From assembly GCA_051294375.1 (NCBI GenBank), contig CM119265.1, positions 3,285,745 through 3,349,639 on the forward strand: a stretch of DNA of 63,895 nt. The letters are read 5' to 3'. Position 1 is the stretch's first letter; the number at the start of each line of letters is the position of its first letter. The notes beneath the pieces are model-generated. The model was given only the letters and a program-made list of their open reading frames with translations. It was not told the DNA's origin and searched no databases. A program made the position numbers and the translations under genes. This document shows, piece by piece, positions 14,315-27,206 of this stretch. The DNA comes from Paraspadella gotoi (taxonomy: Eukaryota > Animalia > Chaetognatha).

Positions 14315-15388
14315 ATGACGGACGAAAACGAAACGAACGAAAACAACAACGAAAACAACCACGTCGACGACGAAACAACCCAGGGCGGTCAAGAAAACAA
14401 CCCAAACTCCAACGAAACGAACCAACTTGATTCTAACGCGTTGAGAAATTCCACATCGTCGTCATCTTTGTCGTCGTCGAGTTCGTCGTCGTCGTCTTCG
14501 TCCTCATCTTCATCGTCGTCGTCGGGGTCTACCACTGTTTACTTCGTTGCCCATGACAACGACGATCCTCTTCCCAACTACAACACCAACAATCAAAACA
14601 ACAACGATAACAACGACGACGAAAGCGACGTCGAAGAAAACGACGATAACAACCACAACAACGACGACAACGACAACAACGAGGATCGCCAAGTCGCTTT
14701 TCAAAATCCTTCAGTTTTCGACGGTGAGTTACCTTTATTTAATTCATTAATACATAAATATTAAATACGTTATTATTACTTATTAATATGTCTTATTGCT
14801 ATTTGGCAAAACTGAATTTACTGTAAATATAAAAAAAGAGTCATGAACTGATCTTCTGTTTTAATTTTTAGCTCACAGAGACATCTGTTGCTCAACAAGA
14901 CATAATACAGAAAATAAACAAAAGAAAATAGAATAAACAATTCGATTTCGAAGTTTCTCCTGCCAATTTTAAATATTCAACTTTCCACATTCAGCTTTCA
15001 ACTTTCAACTTTCAATTTTCCACTTTCCACTCTCCACTTTCCACAATTTTCCACAGACGAGGAATTTCTCCTAGATGAAGCGGTGGATGTCGTACTGGAC
15101 AATTACGACGTCACCGATTACAACTACAGTCAGTCTTTTTTTCTTTTTTTTCTCTTTTCTTTTTTTATAATATAATATTATTACAAGAAAAACCATTTTA
15201 ACTGATAAGACTAACACTCACTGTCACCCGGTTCTCGACAGACCCTCGCGCGGTGGACGATTCACCTCACGTCGTGAATCTTCAAATCACAACCGATGAT
15301 CACAGAATCGATTTGGTCTGGGAAAAGAATCTCGTGGAAAGATTAAAGGAGATGATTAAGGGTGAGATGATTGATTGATTGATTGATG

Positions 15389-15437
<49 letters not shown>

Positions 15438-17476
15438 CCAGATGACGTTCACGAATATCTTCACGGAAACATGAAGTCTTCGCGATTCAAACGACTTCCG
15501 ACGAGACTCGTAGATGACAACAACAACAACAACAACAACAACGACGACGACAGGGACGCCACGACCGCCGCCATCACTGACGCCGTCGCCGCCGCTCGGC
15601 GCGCCGCCGCCGAAGCCCACGACGCCGCCGGCGAAGCGGCGGACTCGGCCATCGCCGCCGCCGCCGAGGCGATCGCCGTTGCCGAAGCCGTCATCGGGGT
15701 CGCCGGGGCCGGGGCGGGAGATGGAAGCGGTGACGCCGGTGAGGGGGAAATAGCATGCGAGGGAACAGATGCCGTCAGAAAGATTAGCAGATGAGGTGGG
15801 CAGAGGGCAACAAATGGAGGAAGAGATTTAGAGCATGGCGTGCACGGGAACTGATGGGAGAGTTATAAGATGGGTGTCGGGAACAGATGCGGTGCAAAGA
15901 TTTAGAGATGGGTGGGGAACAAGATTGCGCAGCAGGGTGGGGAAAAGATTGTGGTACAGATTTAGAGATGGGTGGGGCAACAGATTAAGAGATATGGGTG
16001 AAGAACAGATGGCTGAAGAGATTAGAGATGGGTGGGAAACAGATGAAAGATGGGGCTGAGAAAACAAATGGAATAGATTCGTAGCAGATGGGTGGGGAAC
16101 AGATTGAGAGATGGCTGGAGAACAGATGGGTGCAGAGATTTAGAGATGGGTGGGGAACAGATTTAGAGATGGATGGGGAAGAGATGAAAAGAGACATTGA
16201 GAGATTGCGGGGGTAGTGAATGTTAGGCTTTGAGAAATATAAACCTTAACATAAAAAATAACAACAGCCTTCATTGTTGCATGTTAATTTTAGGTGACAT
16301 TTAGAAATATTAAAAATATTATTTAATTATATTCCTTCGATTTTCGGTAAATAAAAATATATTTTTTTATGGAAAATAAATTTACTTCATTTTCTTTAAA
16401 TTATTCCCTTCATTGCAGATGCAGGAGCCAACGCTCAAAACGCAAAACGCAATTTTGGTAAGACGCATTGGAAAAAAAGTTATTTCCTAATTTTTACGTC
16501 GCATCTTCGAATTGTCAGATTATTTAATTTTATTTATTACTCAGTTTTATTAAAAGTTTTCTTTTATTATAAGATTGGTACATCCAATATAAAATTTATA
16601 CATTCATTTAATAAATAAGTCATCATACCCCCAGACTTGGCCAAGGATATAATAGGTTAAGGCGATAAATAATTAGAAATAATCTTAATTGCTACAATAT
16701 ACAAATGAAATTAAGGAACCTCTTTTTTTTCCGCACAGACCAAGCGGTGGCCGATGACACTTGCGCCATCTGTCTCGCCGTCTTCAGAGGAACCAAAATC
16801 GTCACTCTGAGCTGCGGTCACGACTTTCACGTCCAGTGTCTCAAGACTTGGGTCAAGCTGAGGGTCAGTCTCTGTTATGGTCGATAAATGGTCAGTGTGG
16901 CCGCTCTTGTCAGTTGACGGTCATTGATGTTATTGGCGTTGATGTTGTTGGTGTTGATGTTGGCGTTGACTTTTATGACTACGACCACGACGAAGACATT
17001 TTTATTTTTTTCAGGGAACTTGTCCTGTTTGTCGCGAGTGTTCGAGTTGTCGTCGCAAAAACTTTTACATCGGATCCATCAAAAGGTGGCGTGCTGGTTT
17101 GATGTTGTTGGCGATGATGTTGTTGGCGTTGATGTTGGCGTTGACTTTGATGACAACATCGACGACGACCACGACGAAGACGACGAAGACAACGACGGTA
17201 TAGACGACAATGACAAGACGACGATAACGACGACAGACACGACAACGACGATGACAACGACGACGAAGACAACGATGATATATACGACAAATCCAAGACG
17301 ACGATAACGACTACAAAGTCGACGACGACAACAACGACGATGACAACGACGACAACAACGACGACGAAAGGGATATAAACGTTTCTGAAATCGTCAGGCA
17401 AGATGCTGCGTCGGTCGTCGGACGAACTGAGAGTCAAACGGACGAGATGGAGATGAACGAACAAGACGTGGATTAA
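14315..17476 (+). CDS. RING-H2 finger protein (probable E3 ubiquitin ligase) with an acidic/Asn/Ser low-complexity N-terminus, about 403 aa
   Basis: Exons 14315-14723, 15057-15128, 15242-15361, 15442-15738, 16419-16457, 16739-16863, 17015-17085, 17398-17476, all phase-consistent. RING-H2 pattern CAIC...CGHDFHVQC...W...CPVCR. The last exon is less certain: read-through of the 17015 exon would instead stop at 17203. AATAAA at 17661. Confidence 0.85.
15800..16200. repeat. Degenerate intronic purine-rich tandem repeat
   Basis: Recurrent agatttagagatgggtggggaacag-like units within the RING gene intron. Confidence 0.75.
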
Positions 17477-17988
17477 GTTTCAAGCAGATGAACGAATCGG
17501 CTTTGTGAACGACAGAAAGCAGATGAACGAATCGGCTTTGTGAACGATAAAACGGGGGAATTCATAAAAAAAGAAAGAAGATGAACGAAATGGAAAATCG
17601 ACTAACGATATGAATATGAATGAATCAATCGTGAAAAATGTTATGAATCTCGAAAATTTTAATAAAACTTTAAAAAAATATATATTTTCGCGCGTTATTC
17701 ACAGGAGTTACATTACTGATTAACTATTTCTATTTAAGTTTATTATAATTTTTACGTTGACTAACTCGGTCAATAGCAAAACAATTTTAAAAATAATAAA
17801 AAACTTGGGATTCTCTACGGACTAAATTTTATTTTATGCCCTATAAAATATCACCATTCCTTAATCAATAATCATGCATCACCAATCCTGGAATAGTTAA
17901 ATTTAGCCTATGACCGAAATTCATTTGTTTAATTTCCCGAAGACGTAAAGTTTTTTGACAAAAAAAGATGGCGGAGTGCGTTACCGAA

Positions 17989-18075
<87 letters not shown>

Positions 18076-18080
<5 letters not shown>

Positions 18081-19390
18081 ACCACCCCCTACTTTGATTA
18101 CCACCCACCACCACCCCCACCTCCACAGCTTCCCTCATTCTCCTCATGAAAAAAACCAAATGCAAACCGACGCAAACAACAACAACAACAACGACGACTC
18201 TAATTCCCCAACGGAAGAATCGGCAAAAGACTTCTTGGTCTCCCCCCGTCGACGTCGTAGTTCCGGAGAAATCCTCGTAGAATTTGAGGCCGGATTCTCG
18301 GCAGATCCTGCCCAACTTGTCGCCCAACGCCGGATTGCCGACGAAGAAGACTCGAGACTTTTTCGGAGCCGAAGAGAGAATTTTGTTGAAGTCGAGTCTT
18401 TGGCCGAAACGAGAATCGACGTTGGGATATTGGGGGCTGAGAATAAAGAGAGAATGAAGAATGAATATATCAATGAATGAAAGTATGAATACAGGCATTA
18501 AATAAAGAAAGAATAGATTAGAATAAATAAATAATAAATAAATAAATATAATAAAATGAATGAAGAATTTAAAGAATGAATGAGAATTTAAAAGAATAAA
18601 TATTGAATACAACAGAATGATTTAACTAATGAATGATCAAATAAAAGAATAAATATTAAATAAATTTAATGATTCAATGAATGAATGAACTATCGAATGA
18701 ACAATTGATTTTCTAACCTCCCTCTCTCACTAACCCCTAACCTTCCATCCTAACTCACCGCGTCGTCGTCCCCGACGCTCCGCTCAAAAACGCCGAAATC
18801 TGGATTCGAACCCGCGACCTTTTGGCTCGAACTGCGTTCGCCAGCTGCGAGGTCTGCCGGGCGAAGAAGTCGTGCACGTCGGGACTTCGCGTCGTGTAGG
18901 CGATTTGGAGGTCGATGACCCCGTCGTCGTCGTCGTCGTCGTCGTTGAGGTTTTGAGACTGAATAAAGTTGAGAACGTCGAGAATGTAACCGAAACCGGA
19001 TCCCGAGGCGAGGAGGACGAATTTGGCCTGGAAAGGGTTTTGATTTGACTTGGTTTATAGATTGAATTTATTTGATTTGATTGATTGATTGATTGATAAC
19101 CATCATCCCTTCATTCCCGATTACTTCGTCAACTCTTCCCTCGTCAAGGTATCCGAAAGAGTGATCTGATTGATTTGACTTGATTGATTGATTGATTGAT
19201 TGATGATTGATTAATCATCATCCCTCATTATTCCCTACCTTCGTCAACTCTTCCCTCGTCAAGTATCGCAAGAGTTGATTGACTTGATTGATTGTTGATT
19301 GATTGATTGATTGATTGATAACCATCATCCCTCATTCATTACCTCGTCAAACTCTTTCCTCGTCAAGTATCGCAGAGTGAGAGATTGATT

Positions 19391-19422
<32 letters not shown>

Positions 19423-19693
19423 AACCATCATCCCTCATTCATTACCTTCGTCAACTCTTCCTCGTCAAGTTATCGAAAGAAGAGTGATTGATTGATTTGA
19501 TTGATTGATTGATTGATTGATTGATAACCATCATCCCTCATTCATTACCTTCGTCCAACTCTTCCCTCGTCAAGTATCGCAAGAGTGATTGATTGATTGA
19601 TTGTGATTGATATGATGATTGATATGATTGATTGATAACCATCATCCCTCATTCATTACCTTCGTCAACTCTTCCCTCGTCAAGTACAAAGAG

Positions 19694-19726
<33 letters not shown>

Positions 19727-19992
19727 AACCATCATCCTCATTCATTACCTTCGTCAACTCTTCCCTCGTCAAGTATCGAAAGAGCTATGATTGATTGATT
19801 GATGATTGATTGATTGATTGATTGATTGATAACCATCATCCCTCATTCATTACCTTCGTCAACTCTTCCTCGCAAGTATCGAAAGAGTTGTATTGATTGT
19901 ATTGATCTCAGATTGATTGATTGATTGATTGATAATCATCATCCATCATTCCCTACCTTCGTCAACTCTTCTCTCGTCAAGTATCGCAAGAG

Positions 19993-20033
<41 letters not shown>

Positions 20034-22563
20034 AATCATCTCCCATCATTCCCTACCTTCGTCAACTCTTCCCTCGTCAAGTATCGCAAGAGTTGCTCCC
20101 CCGAGGATCGATAGGGACCCCAAAAGGTGAGCGGCACCCTGGGCTCGGTCTCCACGTCGTAGAGCCACTTGGTCCAGGGTTGGCTCCATACGTTGGCCTT
20201 CTCCGGCATCACTGTGACCACGAAGCCGACGTCCCAATCCTGATCCCTCAGCGTTCCTCCGTGATTGGAGAAAGACGTGAAGGGGTGACTCCGCTGCAGC
20301 GGAATTCCCTTCAAGTTCCTCTGCAGCAGATAGTAAGTGTCCCCCACTCCGGACCTCACTCGCTCGGACAGCTTGACCAGCATGACCACGTAGTTCTCCG
20401 AGCTGACCTTCTTACCCACCGTTCCATGGATCTTCCTGGGTGAGAGATAGATTCTTAGAATATATAAAAATTAGAGAATTCATCAATCTCATTTGCATAT
20501 GGTAGTAAATATTTTCGAGATCCATTGTTTTTCCTTATGGTTTAATTTGAGGCCTTTTTTGGGGGTTTAAAGACATTTTCTATATTGTTTAGTAGTTTAA
20601 TAGATTCATAGATGATTTTGTGACATTTTGATATAATAATTATGTTATTGATGATTGAGAATTTATCTCTAATCTGGATGACCTTTTCATAATTCATAGA
20701 TAGTTTATTTTTTAAAGTTATAAATGAAAATAATTTTTTTTTTATGTTATTGTTTTTTAAAAATAAATTAAAAAAAAACTATGCCGAAAAAAAAATTATG
20801 TTATTGATACCGTTACTGTTTTTTTTATTCAATTATGTTAATATCGTTTTTGTTATTAATGAAAAAATATATATATAATTAGATAAAATATTTAGTTTTT
20901 AACATTTTATTAAGGTTTTAAGTTTTGATGTTAGTGTTAAAAAAAGATAATTTTTTTGTTGTTGTTTAAGTTTAAGTTATAAATAATAAAAATATTTAGA
21001 AAGATAATTTTTTTTATGTTTGTCTTCACTTATTTAGTTACCACAATAAATAACAAGTAAAGCAGAAAGGCAGAGCGAACACTGAAGCTACATAACAAGT
21101 AATATAAAATTTCTCACTTAAGCTCTTCTACCTGTAAGTCGTGACGGCCAGGAGACGATCGATCGCCCACACAATCATCACTGGTAGATTGACGACGTGA
21201 GCGAGACCGTGGGTGATCTTCCTGATGTTGTCCACGCTGTACCAGACGCCGGCGAATACGTGGAGAGAGATGGCGAGCGTGTAGCTTCGTTGATTGAGGA
21301 ATTGTGATTGACTTAAAGGAAAGAAGAAGCAGAAGATGAGAATCATTAACACGAAACGATAGATTTCGTCGGAAGTGAGATGAACGCCTCCCGAGTCGTT
21401 GAAGCTCCAATTGTTCACCGCCGCCGGATCCCAGAATTTAGTCCAATTCATGGACCAAAGTTGGGAAGAGTAGTTGAATTCCGAGGGTGGGTGATAAGTC
21501 AGGTCCGTACCGTCGAGGAGAGGAGGCACGAAGATGACGAGCACGTGGGCCAAAGATGGGATAGCGATCAGATAGAGGCCTATCCAACGGTGCATGCGAA
21601 TGTGAGTGTGTCGCATACTTCCGATGGAGACCCACTTGGGACAAAGGTCGCACAGCACGTTGGGCAGACACCAGAGGCTCGTGTAGAACATCATGTTCTG
21701 AGCGGGGATGATGAGGCGGGCGGTGACGCCCCATAAGAGGTTCGTCAAGGTCTCGCCGAAGCGGGAGCCCCACAAGCGGCTCGTGGCTTTGCCCGATCGG
21801 CCGCAGACGACGTCGCCGCTGAGGACGAAGCGATCGACGACGCAGAGGGCGGTGGTCACGGAGAAGACCGTCCAGATGAGGGTCTCGTAGGAAATGATGG
21901 AGGTGCCTCGTTTGACGGGACGGTCGGTTGAGTGGGAGATGTTGCTTGATGATTTCTTACGGAGATCGTAAGAATGACCTGTGAATCGGGTTATTTTTTT
22001 TTTTGGCCTTATTTGTTATTTTAAGATTTAAAGATTTAAAGATAAGAAACATCCAATATATATTTAAAGTTTAATTTATGGTCACGTTGTTTTTATTTAA
22101 AAAAATATTTCGCAGTTGAATTTAATTTTTTTACCAGAGATTTTAAGATGTTGAAAAGTAAGGCCACTTAACATCGGCCTTTGCTAACATTGATATAATT
22201 TTCTTTTATTTTCTTTCAATCCAATCGACCTTTTCAGGAAAGATAAAAAAAAAATGTAAATCACTAGTAAACCACAAACAAGGCGTTACCTTAAGGGAAT
22301 ATATTTCATGTAGCTATAATTATTTTTAAAAAATCCTTAATCCATGATTAAGAAGTCCCTTTGAGCCAAATTCACCGATTGCCTCTCAAATGACAATGTC
22401 TCTTTCACGTGAACACTTTTCACGGCTTCACTCTGATCTCACCTCCAGGTCGCATCTCGGGATAAAATTCGCCCAGAGTCGTCGCTTTTAATATTTGAGT
22501 CTCAACGAGTCTCGGTTCTTCCGATGAATCAGAAATTGAAGGCATATTTTCAGAATCTGCCAT
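18076..22563 (-). CDS. Divergent NOX/ferric-reductase (FRD) superfamily transmembrane flavocytochrome, about 658 aa
   Basis: Exons 22563-22443, 21978-21132, 20435-20057, 19027-18759, 18436-18076 (1977 nt, phases match). TM region with MHRWIG...LAH and SLHVF. FAD motifs SHPFTS, PWTKWL, WGPY. NAD(P)H motif VLLASGSG, followed by YTTRS, GQRLDFNKIL, RVFFVGNP and KFYEDF. Probable 5' UTR exon ending at 23560 (donor GTAAGT), with the acceptor at 22567-22569. Confidence 0.85.
19080..20095 (-). repeat. Intronic tandem array of about 100-115 bp units, each carrying the last ~40 nt of the upstream exon, its 5' splice site and a (CAAT)n spacer
   Basis: The plus-strand motif taccttcgtcaactcttccctcgtcaagtatcgcaagag recurs near 19121, 19235, 19340, 19443, 19546, 19657, 19746, 19851 and 19954, and at the true exon end (20054). 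Confidence 0.92.
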
Positions 22564-22788
22564 CACCTGGAGAGATAGTAAAATAAAATAGAAGTGGATA
22601 GTGGTAGATATAGTAGTATAGTAGATATTACTTGTATTTAACTTAAATTTCTGAATCAAATATAAATAATACTTTTAAGGATCAACGTTTAATTTGTATA
22701 GGTTTAAAACACAAACTAAAACCGGAAAGGTTAAACATTGTCAACATTTTTTAAAAATAATTTGTCGACGGGACGAAGACAACATCAC

Positions 22789-22853
<65 letters not shown>

Positions 22854-24001
22854 CCATCACAACTTTCTATCCCAAATTTCTACGCTTTTTGGGAATATAT
22901 TTATAAAGTCGAAAAATAGTATTATTAGGCAATAGTTATAATAAAACTCGAAAATTCGACATACGATAATTTGATAAAGCGTTTGCAAGAAAATAAGAGA
23001 AAACAAAATCAAATACAAACCAGTAAAATAAAAGAAAATAGATAATTAATAACGAAACAATTAGTTAAAAGATTTAACGTTTTTAACTTTTATATTAATT
23101 GATAAACTACTTAAAAATAGAATGAAGGTTTTTCTATACGAAATCGTAGAAAATAAAAAAAATGAAAATGCGTAAAAAGTTGAAAAGGTTAGAAGGTGAA
23201 AAGGTCTTTCGTAAATACAAACGTATATTGATAAATTGAAATCTGAAAAATAAGTATTGATCATCTACTTCTACCCTATTATTTTTAAGTTTTAATTTGA
23301 TTTTTTCGAATTAAAATTTAGAGAGAAAACAAGGTTTGTTTTTGTTTACAAAAATAAAATAAGATACAAAAAAAAACCCTTTGTTTTCATTACGTTTTGA
23401 TTAAATTTTATGATATTTCTTTAGTAGTACAACACATTGTATATATTTTATTAGTTTTTATTAAAGCTTAGCTTCACCCTATTGACTACAACGCTGAGCG
23501 AACTCTTCGTCTTTCCGACGATAATGCTGTCAATACTTGCTAAAAGGCTTTAGACTTACCTTTTATAACCGGCCTTTGCTCTTCTCGGAAAAACCGAAAC
23601 AGGTTCGGGTCATGAGTCGACCGATTTACCACAAGGAGATCCCGTCCGATTTTTTTAGTTCCTGGCCGGCGATTGGCGTAGCGTGCTGCGCTGCTGCGCT
23701 GCATCCTGTTCGAGAACGCGAGCGGATTGCGTCAGAAAGTTTCTCTTTACCGCTATAGATAAATTATGGGAAAAATTAACCTCGTCTGTGGTTCTCTAAT
23801 TCACATTACGCATTAGTGGTTAATTTTATTGAAATAAAAAACTATGAAACTTGCCATTTTACCCTTATACACTTACCCTTATACACTTACCCTTATACCC
23901 TTATATACAGGGTTGGCTGGCTCTTTTGGAAATGAATTTAGGATACTTGAGAACAAAAAAAACAACAAAAAACGATAACATTTTCAGAAACCCCTTGGTT
24001 G

Positions 24002-24865
24002 ATGCTCGATATGCCCCAAAAAGATGATAGGATAATGATCAAAACTTTTCACCCATATAACTTTATTGATGATAAATGTCGAAGTACGAACTATCTTTCG
24101 GACCAGTCAGGTAAGTAAAAAGAAGAAATATAAAGCAAAAGGTATAATGTAAGTGAATAAATTAAAGAGAATAGAAATAGGAATCGAAGTGAATAAATAA
24201 AAGAGAATAGAAATAGGAATCGAGGTGAATAAATAAAAGAGAATAGAAATAGGGATTGAGGTGAATAAATAAAAGAGAATAAAAATAGGAATCAAAGTGA
24301 ATAAATAAAAGAGAATAGAAATAGAAATCGAAGTGAATAAATAAAAGAGAATAGAAATAGGAATCGAGGTGAATAAATAAAAGAGAATAGAAATAGGAAT
24401 CAAGGTGGATTAATAAAAGAGAATAGAAATAGGAATCGAGGTGAATAAATTAAAGAGAATAGAAATAGGAATCGAGGTGAATAAATAAAAGAGAATAGAA
24501 ATTGGAATCAAGGTGAATAAATAAAAGAGAATAGAAATAGGAATCGAGGTGAATAAATAAAAGAGAATAGAAATAGGAATTGAAGTGAATAAATAAAAGA
24601 GAATAGAAATAGGAATCGAGGTGAATAAATAAAAGAGAATAGAAATAGTAATCGAAGTGAATAAATAAAAGAGAATAGAAATAGGAATCGAAGTGAATAA
24701 ATAAAATAAAATAAGGTGGGATGGACGGACAGACAGACAGACAGACAGAGGGACAGAAAGACAGACAGACACAGACGGACGGAATGACGGACACTATTTT
24801 TTTGCATAATTTATCATAATTCGATGTTATGACATAAAAATAAAATAAATAAGGTGGGACGGACG

Positions 24866-24915
<50 letters not shown>

Positions 24916-26499
24916 GGGACAAAAAGACAGACAGACAGACAGACAGACAGGCCAGTAAGTAGTAAGCAGATCCGACTAAAAATTTGTTTCGAATGACAAT
25001 AATTTTTAAACCTTGATTTTCTCAGCTTGTATCGCCTAGCTCTACTTCTTTGAAGGACGTCCAGAAAAGAAAACAAAAGATAAGTAAAAGTAGAACAGAG
25101 AAGAATAAATTTTTGATAGAAGAAAAGAAAAAGAAACAAAAAAGATCAAAATCAAAATAGGAATGTAAAATATGTAAAACTATCAAAAAAGATAAAGATA
25201 ATGTAAAAGAAAAAAAAAGTTGGGAGAAAAAAAAAGAAGGAAAAAATTTAAAGAGAAAATAGAAATAAATAAATAGATTTTTAAAATGACTAAATAATTG
25301 AATAATTCAGGCATAAACAAGGTAGCATACAGTAAACTATTGTAAAGAATAAGAAAAGGTGGAGAGGTAACGACGAGGTAAGAAAAAGAAAAGGAAAAAA
25401 GATAAATGGAGAAAAATAAAGGAGGAAAGTAAAGGAAGAAAAAAAAGGAAAGAAACAAAGAAAAATTAAGAGAATAAAGAAAAGAAAGGCAAAAGGATAA
25501 AAAAAGAAATGAATAAGGAAAAAAGAAAAAAAATAAATTGTAAAATTGTAAATGGTAAGCCCTTTCACATTGTAAATTGTAAGCCCTTTCACATTGTAAA
25601 TGGTAAGCCCCTTTCTCATTGTAAATGGTAAGCCCTTTCTAATTGTAAATGGTAAGCCCTTTCTCATTGTAAATTGGTAAGCTTTCACTGTAAAGCTCTT
25701 TCACATTGTAAATGGTAAGCCCTTTCTCATTGTAAATGGTAAGCCCTTTCTTATTGTAAATGGTAAGCCCTTTCTCATTGTAAATAGTAAGCCCTTTCAC
25801 ATTGTAAATGGTAAGCCCTTTCACATAGTAAATTGTAAGCCCTTTCACATTGTAAATGGTAAGCCCTTTCACATTGTAAATGGTAAGCCCTTTCTCATTG
25901 TAAATGGTAAGCCCTTTCACATTGTAAAAGGTAAGCCCTTTCACATTGTAAATGGTAAGCCCTTTCACATTGTAAATGGTAAGCCCTTTCACATTGTAAA
26001 TGTAAGCCCTTTCTCATTGTAAATGGTAAGCCCTTTCACATTGTAAATGATAAGCCCTTTCTCATTGTAAATGGTAAGCCCTTTCACATTGTAAATGGTA
26101 AGCCCTTTCACATAGTAAATTGTAAAGCCCTTTCACATTGTAAATGGTAAGCCCTTTCTCATTGTATCTCGATTTAGGAAAACCCACCATAAGTTCCGAC
26201 TTTCGCTGGAGCCGCCAGCCGAGAGTGAGGACTGAGGAGGAAAGGAATACTAACTTACTTCGATTCGAGTCGGGGTACACGCGACGCCAACTTACCAGGT
26301 GAGTTAGATTATCGGGACGAAGAAATGATACAAAATTTATTTTTAATTTGCGAAAAAATCTCGTGACGACAGATTCTGGGTTTTTCCTTTTATTTTTAGG
26401 ATTCCGTCATGCACCGAAGGGCGGACCGTCACGTTGGGAATTTGGACTTTCCTTTGGAGAACGGGATTAACCCTTGCGTCCTCTTTGGAACGGGTTTCG

Positions 26500-26502
<3 letters not shown>
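24002..26502 (+). CDS. Putative small spliced protein, about 110 aa, unknown function
   Basis: Exons 24002-24110 (acceptor at 23987, donor GTAAGT), 26178-26298 (donor GTGAGT) and 26400-26502 join in frame: [53 protein letters not shown]...[21 protein letters not shown]. No domain recognised. Confidence 0.45.
24153..24710. repeat. 36-bp minisatellite, about 15 copies
   Basis: Unit gtgaataaataaaagagaatagaaataggaatcgag repeated in tandem; it explains the [12 protein letters not shown] pseudo-ORFs. Confidence 0.95.
25545..26165. repeat. 24/25-bp minisatellite, about 25 copies
   Basis: Unit ttgtaaatggtaagccctttcaca (or ...ctca) repeated in tandem. Confidence 0.95.
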
Positions 26503-26594
<92 letters not shown>

Positions 26595-27206
26595 GAGAGC
26601 CTATTCCAGTTCCATATTAGCGACACCTTTCTTTATGTGCAGTTAAAAAATTAATTTTCTAAAATCTATCTTCTTTACGTTTTATCCAACGAACAAACAA
26701 TGATGAAAACTATTCGAATGACGATCGTTCAATATCATTTAAAAGAATCTTAACAATCAAACAGTTAGTAATACTTTTTAGGGTCTCGAGAGAGCGAACT
26801 GTCTTAAAAATGTCATATCTTCTGTCTCTCAATTTCTCATCAACTTCCGCGTTTACAAGACACTTTTCTTAAGTTTAAACGTTAATGTATGAAAAATAAA
26901 ATGCATGAATTATTAAATACTTACACAAAAGAAACTTTCAAGAGTTTAAAAAAGTAGGTGATGAAGATTTTTATTGATAATTAGGCTTTTTAACGCGCAT
27001 GACATTAAAAAGAACATAATGACATTTCGCAATTCATGCAAAAACTTTTTTTTTTATATCGTGGGTATAATTTAACTTGAGGCCCCCAAAGGCCACGAAA
27101 AGGAAATCAGCTTCCAATATTTGAATTAATGAAAAAAAAAGGTTCATTTCCGCATTTCCGCTCTTCATTTCCGCATTTCCGCTCTTCATTTCCACAGTTC
27201 CGCTCT

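Noticed and set aside
18802-18819. tRNA T-arm/B-box-like GGTCGCGGGTTCGAATCC on the minus strand
   Set aside because: It lies in frame within a coding exon (RSRVRIQ), the T-stem does not pair, and there is no cloverleaf.
19080-20095. Repeat-spacer pattern resembling a CRISPR array
   Set aside because: The spacers are (ATTG)n microsatellite rather than unique sequence, the repeat is a host exon end, the context is eukaryotic, and there are no cas genes.
24107-26280. Repetitive ORFs ([20 protein letters not shown])
   Set aside because: Translations of 36-bp and 24-bp minisatellites, open in several frames and broken by indels.
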